From: Bdellovibrionales bacterium
GTDB taxonomy: Bacteria; Bdellovibrionota; Bdellovibrionia; Bdellovibrionales; Bdellovibrionaceae
Direction of reading: 5' to 3'
DNA: 22,917 bases
Assembly: GCA_031370005.1 (NCBI GenBank)
Contig: JANMPT010000030.1
Span: forward strand, 1 to 22,917
In this document: positions 5,668 to 16,126 of the stretch, one piece after another
Layout: each line of letters starts with the position of its first letter
Numbering within the stretch: the stretch's first letter is position 1
Translations under genes and position numbers: made by a program
The notes under the pieces: model-generated
The model's database searches: none
Told to the model about the DNA's origin: nothing
What the model saw: the letters and a program-made list of their open reading frames with translations, nothing else

Positions 5668-7656
5668 TTATTCTCCTTCCGTGGTTGTAGCTGGAAGATT
5701 GATTTTCGTGGCTTTCTTCATATGAAGTTGTTTTAAGCCAGCTTCAATTATTTCAGGATGGTATTTTTGGAAGTAAGCTTGAACAATGTCCCGGACGATA
5801 GGGGCTGCTCCCGTATTGCCATGGCATGCATGCTCTGCAAGGACAGCCACGGTGATCTCAGGTTTATCAGCAGGAGCCCAAGCAACAAACCAACCGTGGT
5901 GGCGCATTTGAATGGGGCGTGACGTGCAGCTTGCATATATTTGATCAGCGGAGAAATTCATCACCTGAGCTGTTCCTGTTTTTCCCGCCATAGGCACGCC
6001 AGGGACCTTCCAAAATCTAGCAGTTCCGTGTTCTCCATTGGCAACACGTCTCATGCCTTCTTTAACAACTTTGAATGTTGCAGTTGAAATCTTAACGCCG
6101 GTTTTTTGGGTCTCAGTCAGATCACGAATCACTTGCGGGAAGTTTTCTTTTAAGACCTTTCCCTCTTGATCAATAATCTTTTGAATTATAAATGGCTTTA
6201 CAACTTTTCCTTCAGTACCAATTGCATTGTATGCCACGGCCATCTGAATCGGCGTGACTTCAACAAAGCCTTGTCCGATCGCAGTACTTAAATTTTCACC
6301 AGGCTGCCACTCCTCGCCAATAGCTGCTTTTTTCCACTCGGAGTTCGGCATTGTTCCAGCCACCTCGCGGGCAAGCTCGATGCCTGTTTTTTGACCAATT
6401 CCCAGGGGGTTGATGTAGGCATACATCTTATCAACCCCAAGAGCGATGCCCATTTTGAAAAAGAAGACATTCGCACTTCTTTCAATTGCTTCATAGATCG
6501 TGATCATTCCATAACCATTTTTACTACTATCATGGTAAGGTCTGCGACCGAACATAAAGACGCCAGGGGCTGCAACCAATGTGTTCGGTCCGATGACTTT
6601 TTCTGAAAGAGCTGCAACCGCCACGAAGGGTTTAAAAGTAGATCCAGGAGACGTATAATCTTGAATTACTTTGTTGCGAAGTGGTTTAAATGGATCATTA
6701 ACAAGCTTCGACCAAGTCTGCGCCGAGAAACCTGTTGAGAAATCGTTCGGATCAAAAGAGGGCGTGCTGACCCAGGCCAAGACCTCGCCATTAGACTTCA
6801 TCGCAAAGGCCGCGCCAATACGTTGATTATCTGTCATGGATTTATAGGCTGCCTCTTGAATATCGCGGTCTATGGTTAAAACGGCATTATTTCCGTGGAT
6901 GGGTTCTTGATTGCGAATTTGTTCACCATAAATATTAGGCGTTGTGGTGACCGTTTCACGGCCATGGGCGTCGACTTGAATAAAGCTTACGCCGTCTTTG
7001 CCGCGAATATCTTTTTCAAGGGTCTCTTCTAGACCGCTTTTGCCAATGATATCCCCTTGTTCAAACATAAAAATATTTTTATAGAGATCATTCATCAAAG
7101 GAATTTGACGTTTTGAGATCTCAGCCACGTAGCCAAAGACCTGGGCACCGTCTTCCTTTAGTGGGTAGAAGCGTACAATGGACTCACGGATCTCAAGGCC
7201 CGGAGTATCTAAGCGAATGCGCTTTAAACGAAAGACCTCTTCGCGACTCAAATTTTCTTTTAAACGAACTTGGGCGAAGGGGCCATTTTGCTTGCGACTT
7301 TTTTGAACCTTTTGAGTGATCTTATCTGCATCCATTCCCAAGATTGGGCTAATAGTATTGGCTATGGCATCCAGATTTTCTATGTACTGTGGTGAAAGAA
7401 TGGCCTCAAAGCCCGGCAAGTTCTCAACGAGAACTTTGCCATTGCGATCTAGCATCAAGCCGCGTGGAGCTGTGATTTTATTTTGCTTCACCCGATTTTT
7501 TTCAGAAAACTCGCGGAGCTCATTTCCCGTGATAATTTGCAAGTACCACAGACGGGCCGAAAAAATCACAAAGGTGCAGGCAACCATAACATAAAGAAGT
7601 CGATATCGTGGTTGATACTCCTTGGCCTCATCTGGGTCATTTACGTAGTCACTCAT
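5668..7656 (-). CDS. mrdA: Penicillin-binding protein 2 (class B transpeptidase)
   Basis: N-terminal TM, APRG..DRNG, PGSTFK (SxxK), SAN (SxN) and KTGTAQ motifs. Lies between mreD and rodA. Confidence 0.96.
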   Translation of the reverse strand: MSDYVNDPDEAKEYQPRYRLLYVMVACTFVIFSARLWYLQIITGNELREFSEKNRVKQNKITAPRGLMLDRNGKVLVENLPGFEAILSPQYIENLDAIANTISPILGMDADKITQKVQKSRKQNGPFAQVRLKENLSREEVFRLKRIRLDTPGLEIRESIVRFYPLKEDGAQVFGYVAEISKRQIPLMNDLYKNIFMFEQGDIIGKSGLEETLEKDIRGKDGVSFIQVDAHGRETVTTTPNIYGEQIRNQEPIHGNNAVLTIDRDIQEAAYKSMTDNQRIGAAFAMKSNGEVLAWVSTPSFDPNDFSTGFSAQTWSKLVNDPFKPLRNKVIQDYTSPGSTFKPFVAVAALSEKVIGPNTLVAAPGVFMFGRRPYHDSSKNGYGMITIYEAIERSANVFFFKMGIALGVDKMYAYINPLGIGQKTGIELAREVAGTMPNSEWKKAAIGEEWQPGENLSTAIGQGFVEVTPIQMAVAYNAIGTEGKVVKPFIIQKIIDQEGKVLKENFPQVIRDLTETQKTGVKISTATFKVVKEGMRRVANGEHGTARFWKVPGVPMAGKTGTAQVMNFSADQIYASCTSRPIQMRHHGWFVAWAPADKPEITVAVLAEHACHGNTGAAPIVRDIVQAYFQKYHPEIIEAGLKQLHMKKATKINLPATTTEGE

Positions 7657-8189
7657 AATTCGTATCCCCGTGACTCTGGTGTCATCTCATCCAAAGTCAG
7701 CTTATCAATTTTCATTAGGACCCAGAACATTGGAATACAGAATGCAGGAGTCAGCCCTAGCTGAATAAGGCGGTTCCAAAACTCAATCGGTGCTGAGTTT
7801 TTCTCGATCACTAAGGAACTAAAGAAATAGGTCACGTGATAGCTAAAAGCGGCCACGCAACACATGATTGTATAGTAGGCAGGCCCTTCCCAAAAGACGC
7901 GGCTGCGAATTGAGTAAAGGATCAGATACACTAGTAGCAGACATATTAAGAGCATCTTTATCGGCATCGCTGTAAAGCCCATGATAGCCAGGCTCATAAT
8001 GCAGATAATAAATAGGGCGCTATAGAGTTTGCGGTAGATAGCTACGTACACAATCAAGCTAAGCCATAGCATGGGCGTGGGAACAAGGCCAAAGAGCTGA
8101 TACCAAAAGGTATTTTGGAATCCAGCGACAAGCACTAAAACTAAAAGCAGCAAAATGAAATTAAGGACCTTATTCCAATGAATTTTCAC
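7653..8189 (-). CDS. mreD: Rod shape-determining protein MreD (divergent)
   Basis: 178-aa hydrophobic multi-TM protein between mreC and mrdA, with 4-nt overlaps on both sides. The call rests mainly on synteny and size. Confidence 0.8.
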   Translation of the reverse strand: MKIHWNKVLNFILLLLVLVLVAGFQNTFWYQLFGLVPTPMLWLSLIVYVAIYRKLYSALFIICIMSLAIMGFTAMPIKMLLICLLLVYLILYSIRSRVFWEGPAYYTIMCCVAAFSYHVTYFFSSLVIEKNSAPIEFWNRLIQLGLTPAFCIPMFWVLMKIDKLTLDEMTPESRGYEL

Positions 8190-9070
8190 TGAGCCTTCCC
8201 CGTCGCAGGAATTGGAGAAACTGCTTGTGGAGGAAGGCGTTCAGAAAGATCTGTATTTAAGGCATTGATGACAACAAAGACTTCTTCCACTTTGTAGGGG
8301 TCTACGATGGGCTTCAAATCGACCTTTAAGGAAACGCTGAAGTTTTTTCGTTCTATGGATTCAACAATAGCCACAGGGAAACCTTTTGGAAAAATATTAT
8401 CTAGACCGCCAGTCACCACAAGATCGCCTTTTTTCACGTCTTCCGTTTTTTCAACATACTTTAATTGGCAAGTACTTGGGTTTTTACCCTCGACAATTCC
8501 ATGGGCACGAGTTCTTTCCACCACGCCGTCAACCACCGAGTAACGATCGGTGATTAGCATTACATTGGAGGTCAGAGCCTCCGGGCGATAAATATAACCT
8601 AAAACCCCTTGCACGGTGATCACGGCTTGGCCAGCTTTTAGGCCATGCTTTGTGCCTTTATTGATAGTCACTGTTTGGTGATCGGCGAAAAGATCGAGGG
8701 CGATAACCTGAGCGCTGACGAGTTCCATTTTTGTCGACTGGCGGAAGTCTAAAAGGGCCCGCAGACGATTGTTCTCATTTTTCATTTCAATAACTTCAGT
8801 CATGCGAGTCAATAGTTCGTTGTTTTTGCTTGCGAGCTCGAGATTGCGCTTTTTGATGTTAATAAGGTCCAAATACATTGCAGTTGTTCCGCGAACGCCT
8901 GCTGAAAATCCGTAAAAAACCTCTTCGGCAAGGCTAGCCATGAGGCCAAAGGGGCGGGAGAGCCAGTTGGATTCTTGGGGTTTTTGCTGCATATTGATAG
9001 AAATAAGCGGTAAAGCTAAAACAATAACTATCATAGTCAACTTTTTCAGATTGATATTAAAGAAATTCAA
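8186..9070 (-). CDS. mreC: Rod shape-determining protein MreC
   Basis: N-terminal TM, coiled coil (ENNRLRALL), TINKG..HG, and GDLVVTGGLDNIFPKGFPVA motifs. The likely start is the TTG at 9070, with GAGGTG upstream, rather than 9103. Confidence 0.93.
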   Translation of the reverse strand: MNFFNINLKKLTMIVIVLALPLISINMQQKPQESNWLSRPFGLMASLAEEVFYGFSAGVRGTTAMYLDLINIKKRNLELASKNNELLTRMTEVIEMKNENNRLRALLDFRQSTKMELVSAQVIALDLFADHQTVTINKGTKHGLKAGQAVITVQGVLGYIYRPEALTSNVMLITDRYSVVDGVVERTRAHGIVEGKNPSTCQLKYVEKTEDVKKGDLVVTGGLDNIFPKGFPVAIVESIERKNFSVSLKVDLKPIVDPYKVEEVFVVINALNTDLSERLPPQAVSPIPATGKAQ

Positions 9071-9192
9071 CGCGCACCTCATTACATAATGAAACGGTAA
9101 CAAAAAGCCTCTCTGATTCCAACAGTTTCTCCTTGAAAAAAAATAATTTCCGTTGGGTAATGGAAAGCTCGAAACACAGGAGTTTTAAAAAT

Positions 9193-10680
9193 ATGTCTCA
9201 GTCCATGGCAGATCGTCTTAGAAAACAAGTTTCAACAAAGAACCTCACAGCAATGATTGTCTTTGGAGCCATCATTCTGGTGTTTGTTTTTTTTGGGTTC
9301 TCCGGACGTCTTGGCGGCGGGGGGCTTGGTGCTGCTGCTCAAGTCAATGACGCTTTGATTTCGGTGGCTAATTTGCAATCTGCTGAAAACAATCTTCGTC
9401 AGATCTATGGCGAAGTGTTTGGTAATGATGCATTTAGACTGAGAACTGAGGCACTTCGCAGTCTGGTGGATCGAGAATTGATGTCCCAAGCTGCTCGTAA
9501 AAGCGGCATCATTGTAGCAGATTCTGAGATCGCCCAGACTATAACTAAAGATATTCCTGTTTTCCAAGCCAAGGGGCAGTTCCAGAAGGAGTACTACCTT
9601 CGTTATTTAGAAATGACTCATCAAACACCTAAGGATTTCGAGAACAGCATTCGCCAACAACAAGAGGCCTTGCGTGTTCGGCATTTATTTGACGTGGCAT
9701 CTGGTATGACGACCCTCGAGGCAAACAAGATGGCGGATTTGAAGGCATATAAAATGAATGTTCAATTTGTTAAGTTAGACCGTAAACAACTGCTTAAGAG
9801 TTTCATGGTGAGCGCTGCGGAGGCAGAAAAGGCTTTGACTAACGCGGAGTTCCTTAAGAGGGCACAGGATTATTTCACTAGAAACAAGTGGGATTACTCC
9901 CAAGAAGAAGAAGTTCATATTCAGCACATTTTATTGCAAGTAAAACCCGGCGCAAGCGAAGAAGATGCCAAAAAAGTCCTCGCAAGGATTCAAGATTTGC
10001 AAAAGAAAGCCGCATCCGAGGACTTTGGAAAATTGGCCGCAGCAAATAGTGAAGACCCCAGTTCCAAAGTTAAAAATGGCGATTTGGGTTTTTTTGGACG
10101 AGGCAAAATGGTGAAAGAGTTCGAAGATATGGCCTTCACAGCTCCTATTGGTCAAGTGATGGGACCGGTGAAAACTCCATTTGGCTATCATTTGATCAAA
10201 GTGATCGAGAAAAAAGCAGCCCAGGAACCTAATTTTGAAAAGCAAAAAGTCCAAGTAGCTCAAAAAGTTTTGGCAGAGGATAAGCTTATGGCCGAAATGA
10301 AAAGCCTTGAAGGGGCGATCAGTAAAGGAGACGAGCTTGCCTTGGAATCAAGTCTTAAGGACATCAATGCCAAATGGGAAGAGACGGGAATTTTTGACCT
10401 TTCTCAAGATGTAGCACCGAAGATTAGCAGCGCCCTTGCCAACAATGCACTATCAGAGTTGGCGATGGAGCAAAAGCTTTTGAAACGTATCATACACGAT
10501 GGGGATGATGAGTACATTTTAAAGCTTAAAGAGGCGAAAATGGAGACCCCTGTTCCATTAGACTCCATGGCCAAAACAATGACGGAATCTTATCGTTCCA
10601 GTATGCTTTTTGGAAACTGGCTCAATGAGTTCAAAAAAGTTTCAAAAGTGGAAGTAAATAACTCACTTCTAAAGCCCTGA
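9193..10680 (+). CDS. ppiD: PpiD/SurA-like membrane-anchored parvulin PPIase chaperone
   Basis: N-terminal TM, SurA_N-like region and a parvulin domain (HILL...SEDPSSK..NGDLGFFGRGKMVKEFEDMAF...PVKTPFGYHLIKV). The likely start is the ATG at 9193 with AGGAG at 9178-9182. The ORF track starts at 9133. Confidence 0.85.
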   Translation: MSQSMADRLRKQVSTKNLTAMIVFGAIILVFVFFGFSGRLGGGGLGAAAQVNDALISVANLQSAENNLRQIYGEVFGNDAFRLRTEALRSLVDRELMSQAARKSGIIVADSEIAQTITKDIPVFQAKGQFQKEYYLRYLEMTHQTPKDFENSIRQQQEALRVRHLFDVASGMTTLEANKMADLKAYKMNVQFVKLDRKQLLKSFMVSAAEAEKALTNAEFLKRAQDYFTRNKWDYSQEEEVHIQHILLQVKPGASEEDAKKVLARIQDLQKKAASEDFGKLAAANSEDPSSKVKNGDLGFFGRGKMVKEFEDMAFTAPIGQVMGPVKTPFGYHLIKVIEKKAAQEPNFEKQKVQVAQKVLAEDKLMAEMKSLEGAISKGDELALESSLKDINAKWEETGIFDLSQDVAPKISSALANNALSELAMEQKLLKRIIHDGDDEYILKLKEAKMETPVPLDSMAKTMTESYRSSMLFGNWLNEFKKVSKVEVNNSLLKP

Positions 10681-11249
10681 TGACTCTAAGTTTGCATCGC
10701 TCACATAAAATTACTCTGGATATTGCTAGGCCTGAGGATGAAACTCGGGCTTTTGTATTTGATGTGAGCCTTGGTTTGGGGAAAGACCCTTCGCAAGTTG
10801 ATCCTCTTTCGGGAATGTTATTTAATTTGATTCAGCTTGATCAAATCCTTCTTGAGCTTACCAATATATTGAATTCAAAAACTTGGAGTACCATATCAGC
10901 AATGTTTTTAGCATCTCAAGAGTTTATCGAAACACGGGGCACGGCTCTAGGCGCTGTGGCAGAGCTTTGTTTTTATGAAAAAAGAGGCTTTTGGTTTAAG
11001 TCACAATTGGGCAAGTTTCTCAGCGGTCGGGAAGAAGTTTGCGAGTTGGATTCAAAACTCTTCAGAATACGTTATCAATTTCCATTTGATGAGAATCACT
11101 GGGAACAACAAGTTTTTAAAGTAAAGAATGTGAATGACCTATTTTCAGACAAGGTCTTCCAAGACAATCCAGGACTAGAGACCATCGACGTCGAGAACTT
11201 GGCGACCTCTGAGCGGTGGCGATATAGCCTGAGCTCAAGCCCACTTTAA
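10680..11249 (+). CDS. Hypothetical protein with a degenerate QueD/PTPS-like segment
   Basis: Coupled to ppiD by TGATG. VDPLSGMLFNLIQLDQIL resembles the 'IDP.TGMV.NL..L' motif of 6-pyruvoyl-tetrahydropterin synthases, but no HGH motif is present. Confidence 0.55.
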   Translation: MTLSLHRSHKITLDIARPEDETRAFVFDVSLGLGKDPSQVDPLSGMLFNLIQLDQILLELTNILNSKTWSTISAMFLASQEFIETRGTALGAVAELCFYEKRGFWFKSQLGKFLSGREEVCELDSKLFRIRYQFPFDENHWEQQVFKVKNVNDLFSDKVFQDNPGLETIDVENLATSERWRYSLSSSPL

Positions 11250-12139
11250 CGTATGCTTTTTTCAAAGGCAATGGCCTCTTGCAGACCTTCTTGAAGGGAG
11301 CACTGCTCACTCCAGCCAAGGCCTTCGAGCTGACTGATGTCTAGACATACTTCCATGGCTTCATTTTTTCGATAAGGAAGTGCGCCAAACTTTAAGCTCG
11401 TATTTGTATTGTTGCACAAATCTTTAGTCAAAATAACAAAATCCCTGATGGATATTTGTTTTTTTGAGCCAACTTGGAATGAGCTATAGCCCGGTTGAAT
11501 TTTGTTAAGATTTTCGAGAATCCTACGAAAGGCGCGAACGACATCATCAATATGAATAAAACTTCTTTTTTGTTCTCCGAGGGTCAACTCCAGGTCCTTT
11601 TTTTCATTAAGTACGAGGTCTCTAATGATCTTGGATGTGAATTTGGAAGGGTCATCGCCCTTTCCATAAAAATGCTCAAGTTCCATGTTAATCGATTTGA
11701 TTTTATCAGAGAAAAATAAAAACCAATCTTTAAACTGGGACTTAGATAAAGAGTAGTAGTTGATTCTTTTATCTAAAATTGTATCCGTATTGATAAAGAA
11801 TTCCACTTTATTTTCGAAGGCATTTTTTAATAGATGTAGTGGCAGAATCAGATTTGCTTCGATCGTCTCATCGAGGTCATTCTCATCGCGACCATAATTC
11901 GTGGCACAGTGAATGACACCAAAAAAACTCTGATTTTTGAAGAGCTCACTGAGGTTGGTTTCTTCAATGTTTGCGGTAGTAAGTTTATCGAGAATGGAAT
12001 TAACTCGAAGTGTATTTGATTTGATTCTTTTAAGAATATAGATGTCATAATCAAGAACCAAATTATTGACTAAGTTACTACCTAAATAACCAGTAGCCCC
12101 TGTAATAAGAATTTTTTTCTTCGCTATTGTTAACGTCAT
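11246..12139 (-). CDS. NAD-dependent epimerase/reductase (extended SDR), resembling CDP-abequose/paratose synthase
   Basis: ITGATGYLG Rossmann motif and YSLSK (YxxxK). The HCATNYGR, FINTDT, LEHFYG and LTLGEQKR segments resemble RfbJ/Prt-like 3,6-dideoxyhexose reductases. Substrate is not certain. Confidence 0.85.
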   Translation of the reverse strand: MTLTIAKKKILITGATGYLGSNLVNNLVLDYDIYILKRIKSNTLRVNSILDKLTTANIEETNLSELFKNQSFFGVIHCATNYGRDENDLDETIEANLILPLHLLKNAFENKVEFFINTDTILDKRINYYSLSKSQFKDWFLFFSDKIKSINMELEHFYGKGDDPSKFTSKIIRDLVLNEKKDLELTLGEQKRSFIHIDDVVRAFRRILENLNKIQPGYSSFQVGSKKQISIRDFVILTKDLCNNTNTSLKFGALPYRKNEAMEVCLDISQLEGLGWSEQCSLQEGLQEAIAFEKSIR

Positions 12140-12152
12140 TGCTGCTTTGGAA

Positions 12153-12899
12153 TCACTTTAAAAATTTCCAGAACAGACCATAGGTAAAAAGAGCCCAAAT
12201 AGTGGTAAAAGCATCTTTGAGGCGGATCTTTTTACCCTCAGCAATAGAGCGGCCATAGTATGAAATTGGAACTTCGTAGAAAATAGCGCCTTGAGCACGA
12301 AGTCGAAAGAGCATTTCGATTTCAATTTGGAAACCCTTTGTTTGAAAAGAAAGGCTGCGAATGAGGGGGCCATCAAAAGCCTTGGCTGCCGTTTCAACAT
12401 CAGTGAGATTGAGGTTTGCCAGCAGATCTGCAATGAAAGTGAAGAATTTATTAGCTAAATAATTATAAAAATATTGTGCCCTGTGGGCTTTTCTAACCAA
12501 CATGCGAGATCCAAAACAAACTTGCCCGTGGCCGTTGGCAATAGGATCAATCAAATTAATTAGTTCATTTGGATCATATTCTAAATCGGCATCTTGTCGC
12601 ACGACAATGTCACATTTGGTTTGTGCAATGCCTTTGCAAAGCCCATGACCGAGCCCTTGATTCTTGACGACTTCAACAAGCTTTATTTTTGAATTTATAG
12701 CCATGTGTTTTTTTATAACTGCGCCCGTATTGTCCGTGGACCCGTTGTTTACGCAAATAATTTCAGTGATGAAGCTAAGGACATTTAGTTTTTCTAAGAC
12801 GGCGCCAAGGGTTCTATCTTCATTGTAAGCGCATATAACGACGGAGATGGTTTTGTTGTTAACTTGTTCTTTAAAGTCAGTGTTTTGCATGGCCACCAT
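12153..12899 (-). CDS. Glycosyltransferase family 2, DPM1-like (polyprenol-phosphate glycosyltransferase type)
   Basis: SVVICAYNE, NNGSTDNT, NQGLG, QDADLEYDP, TDVET and EVPISYYGR...EGKKI motifs. Confidence 0.9.
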   Translation of the reverse strand: MVAMQNTDFKEQVNNKTISVVICAYNEDRTLGAVLEKLNVLSFITEIICVNNGSTDNTGAVIKKHMAINSKIKLVEVVKNQGLGHGLCKGIAQTKCDIVVRQDADLEYDPNELINLIDPIANGHGQVCFGSRMLVRKAHRAQYFYNYLANKFFTFIADLLANLNLTDVETAAKAFDGPLIRSLSFQTKGFQIEIEMLFRLRAQGAIFYEVPISYYGRSIAEGKKIRLKDAFTTIWALFTYGLFWKFLK

Positions 12900-13028
12900 T
12901 CATTCAGATTTTCTTAGTTTGTTATTTATGTAACGATATCGTTTCTTGTCAATTCTTTCATTAGCGCACAGCATAAATAGGTGAAGGCTCTTGTCACGGG
13001 AATGAGTCGTCCATGAGACTCTAGGCTT

Positions 13029-14231
13029 ATGACAATCTTTAGGTTGGTATTATTTTTTTGGATCGCACTTCATACTTCTCAGTCAGCTATTGATCTGGCT
13101 GATTTTCTTTTAATTGTCGCAGCTTTTTGGCTGGCCATCAAAGCTCATGATGTTCAATCTTTGTTGAAGTCTTTTCGACCCTACTGGCTGTGGCCTTTTT
13201 GGATTTTAGTGGTAGCGCTGGGCTTTGTTCTCGGCGCTTCTGTTGAAGCAAAAGTGGCTCTCAAGTTTATTTGGGAATTCCGGTGGTTCATCAGCTTCAT
13301 CAGCTTTATATATCTCTTTAAGAAGCTGGAGTGGAGCGAGGTTCAAATTAGATATTTCTCACTAGTACTTTTGTTTTTTTCGATTCTGGATATTATTTTA
13401 TTTTTTGTCGATTATGAAAAAGACCCTCGCGCTGGAGGGCTTTTTGGCCATTCAATGCCCTTTGCCCACACCATGGGGCCGTCGGCTTTATTCCTTCTTT
13501 TTGTGGGTCTTAAAAAATCATTGGAAAAAGGCCAGACTCTTCTTTGGAGAGCTGTGTATTTTTTAGCTCCAATATTGGCAAGTATCTTGGTTGTCTTAAG
13601 CTTCACTCGAGGAGTTTGGATCGGATTTGCCTTTGCCCTTTTGTTTTGTGCGGGCTTCTTGGGCAGAAAAGTATTTATGGGTTCTGTTCTGGCCTTGGTC
13701 TTAACAGGTGGAATTCTTTTTTATGGATCAGAGCGAATTCAGAATCGTGTATTGGGTAAAACCAATGCAGAATCACAAAGCAATAACGAAAGAATGTTGT
13801 ATTGGAAAGCGAACCTTCAGATTTTTAAAGATTATCCACTTCTTGGCATTGGTTATAGTCAGAACAATGTTCATGTTGAAGAATACTTGAAGAAAGATGG
13901 TGTTGAATGGCTGGTGGGGGCTCATGCCCACAATCAGTATATTCATTTCTTAGCGGGAACGGGTATTTTAGGTCTTGCGTGCTTTGTGACTTTTTTAGCT
14001 TTGGTATTCTATCCAATCTTCAGATATCTGTTACTCTTGCGGAAGCAGAAAATATTTTCAGATCGGTACTATCTATTGATAGGTATTTTTGCCGGTATGT
14101 TATGTTTCGTGATTGGCGCTTTGACTGAGTCTAATTTTAGCATTGCAAAAAACCGCTTTATGTTTTTATTTATCGCCGCATTTGGTTATGCAATGAGCAC
14201 CTATAAATCATCAAAATCTTCTGAAAAGTAG
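13029..14231 (+). CDS. O-antigen ligase family (WaaL/Wzy_C) membrane protein
   Basis: Multi-TM protein with SFTRGVW, R..YW...YPLLGIG and HAHNQYIHFLAGTGILG motifs. Confidence 0.88.
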   Translation: MTIFRLVLFFWIALHTSQSAIDLADFLLIVAAFWLAIKAHDVQSLLKSFRPYWLWPFWILVVALGFVLGASVEAKVALKFIWEFRWFISFISFIYLFKKLEWSEVQIRYFSLVLLFFSILDIILFFVDYEKDPRAGGLFGHSMPFAHTMGPSALFLLFVGLKKSLEKGQTLLWRAVYFLAPILASILVVLSFTRGVWIGFAFALLFCAGFLGRKVFMGSVLALVLTGGILFYGSERIQNRVLGKTNAESQSNNERMLYWKANLQIFKDYPLLGIGYSQNNVHVEEYLKKDGVEWLVGAHAHNQYIHFLAGTGILGLACFVTFLALVFYPIFRYLLLLRKQKIFSDRYYLLIGIFAGMLCFVIGALTESNFSIAKNRFMFLFIAAFGYAMSTYKSSKSSEK

Positions 14232-14236
14232 GAACT

Positions 14237-16126
14237 ATGTGCGGAATTTTTGGTGTGATAGGAAAGCGTGATATAGAGGAAATCAAAACCGCAAATCGCA
14301 AGATCTCTCACCGCGGGCCAGATGCGGAAGGCTATTGGTTTGATGATGGGAACTCAGTTGCCATTTGTCACCGCAGGCTTTCTATTTTAGACCTGACTGA
14401 AGCAGGTGCCCAGCCAATGAGGTCTGATAGCGGGCGCTATATCATTAGCTTTAATGGAGAGATCTATAACTTTTTGGAGTTAAAGTCGAAGTTACAAAAA
14501 ACCAATTGGCAAGGCTCTTCGGATACGGAAGTTCTCTTGGCTTGCTTTGAAGAGTGGGGCCTAGAGAGGGCTCTTGAAAGCATCGAAGGTATGTATGCAA
14601 TTGCCCTTTGGGATATTCAAAATAAAACAATGACTTTAATAAGAGATCGTTTAGGTGAGAAGCCGCTTTACTACGGAGTAATCCAAGGAGCATTTGCATT
14701 TTCTTCTGAGCTAAAGCCTTTTGTGAGCCTTTTTAAAAATGAACTTAAGATCAACACCGCAGCACTTGAAGATTTCTTTAGGCGAAGTTGCATCTCTGGC
14801 GACAAAAGCATATATAAAGAGATCCATAAATTGCCTGCGGGCCATTTCGTGGTGGTTTCAATTCAGGATCTCAAAAACAAGAAAGCATTTTTTGAACCAA
14901 AGAGCTACTGGGCACTTCGGGACCTTCCTTTGGGAAGCCTGAAGCTTTCGCAAGAAGAGGCCATTGGGCAGCTTGAAGTAAAACTCAATAAAGCCGTTGG
15001 CCAGCAAATGATTGCCGATGTCCCCTTGGGGGCTTTTTTATCTGGTGGAATTGACAGTTCTTTAATTGTCGCCCTGATGCAGTCCTTAAGTTCAAAAAAA
15101 GTAAAAAGTTTTTCAATTGGTTTTGCTAGTCACCATCATGACGAAGCACCACAGGCTAAAGCGGTGGCCGACCACTTAGGAACTGAACATGAGGAGCTTT
15201 ATGTTACCGAGGCAGACCTTTTGGCGGAGGTTCCGCTGCTGTCAAAGATCTATGATGAGCCTTTTGCGGATTCCTCCCAGATCCCGACTATTCTGGTTAG
15301 TCAAATGGCGCGAAAATATGTGAAAGTTGCATTGTCAGGAGATGGTGGAGATGAACTCTTTGCAGGATACAATCGTCATGTTTTTGCCGAGCAGTACTGG
15401 AAAAAACTCAGTTTGATTCCGCTTCCGTTGCGAATTATAGCCGCGAAGTCTTTAGCCGGGCTTCCTCCTTCAACCTGGGAATTTGTTTTTAAAACTATTT
15501 CGCTGGGGACCTCGCAGCCCCATGAGAAAATTTACAAATTAGCCGAGGCCCTAAGGTCTCCTACCATGGCTGATTTTTACAGAGGCGTATCAACACATTG
15601 GAATGATATGTCTCCTTTACTGAATAAGGATATTAAATCCTCAGAGCAGGATTGGGATGTTCACACAGCCCTTGAGATGACTCTGGCAGATGCGAAGTGG
15701 TATATGCCTGATGATGTTTTGGTCAAAGTAGATAGAGCATCAATGTCGCAGAGTTTAGAAACTCGTGCTCCATTCCTAAATAAAGACGTCCTTGAAATGG
15801 CTTTTGGTTTGCCAATGAGTTTTAAAATTCATGACGGACAGACTAAGTGGATTCTTCGGCAAATACTTTATAAACACGTTCCGAAAAAGCTTATTGAACG
15901 CCCAAAGATGGGCTTCGGGGTCCCTTTGGATTCATGGTTGCGCAAGGAGCTTAAAGATTGGGCTTGGAGTCTGCTGAGCCCCCAAGCCCTTAGCCAACAA
16001 GTTTTTTTAGACGCAAAAACTATTCATCAGAAATGGAATGAACATCAGAGCGGCACTCGCAATTGGCAGACAGAACTTTGGGATGTATTGATGTTTCTGT
16101 CGTGGTGTCAGGAAGCTCATGTTTAA
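14237..16126 (+). CDS. asnB: Asparagine synthase (glutamine-hydrolysing) family amidotransferase, probably glycan-modifying
   Basis: N-terminal MCGI, HRGPD, FNGEIYN, RDRLGEKPLYY, FLSGGIDSS, SGDGGDELFAGY and KVDRASM..SLETRAPFL motifs. Confidence 0.93.
   Translation: MCGIFGVIGKRDIEEIKTANRKISHRGPDAEGYWFDDGNSVAICHRRLSILDLTEAGAQPMRSDSGRYIISFNGEIYNFLELKSKLQKTNWQGSSDTEVLLACFEEWGLERALESIEGMYAIALWDIQNKTMTLIRDRLGEKPLYYGVIQGAFAFSSELKPFVSLFKNELKINTAALEDFFRRSCISGDKSIYKEIHKLPAGHFVVVSIQDLKNKKAFFEPKSYWALRDLPLGSLKLSQEEAIGQLEVKLNKAVGQQMIADVPLGAFLSGGIDSSLIVALMQSLSSKKVKSFSIGFASHHHDEAPQAKAVADHLGTEHEELYVTEADLLAEVPLLSKIYDEPFADSSQIPTILVSQMARKYVKVALSGDGGDELFAGYNRHVFAEQYWKKLSLIPLPLRIIAAKSLAGLPPSTWEFVFKTISLGTSQPHEKIYKLAEALRSPTMADFYRGVSTHWNDMSPLLNKDIKSSEQDWDVHTALEMTLADAKWYMPDDVLVKVDRASMSQSLETRAPFLNKDVLEMAFGLPMSFKIHDGQTKWILRQILYKHVPKKLIERPKMGFGVPLDSWLRKELKDWAWSLLSPQALSQQVFLDAKTIHQKWNEHQSGTRNWQTELWDVLMFLSWCQEAHV

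Noticed and set aside
403..7656. Functional link between the BLIP-II-like propeller and nearby PBP2
   Set aside because: The genes are separated by unrelated genes and lie on opposite strands. Fold similarity alone does not indicate the target.
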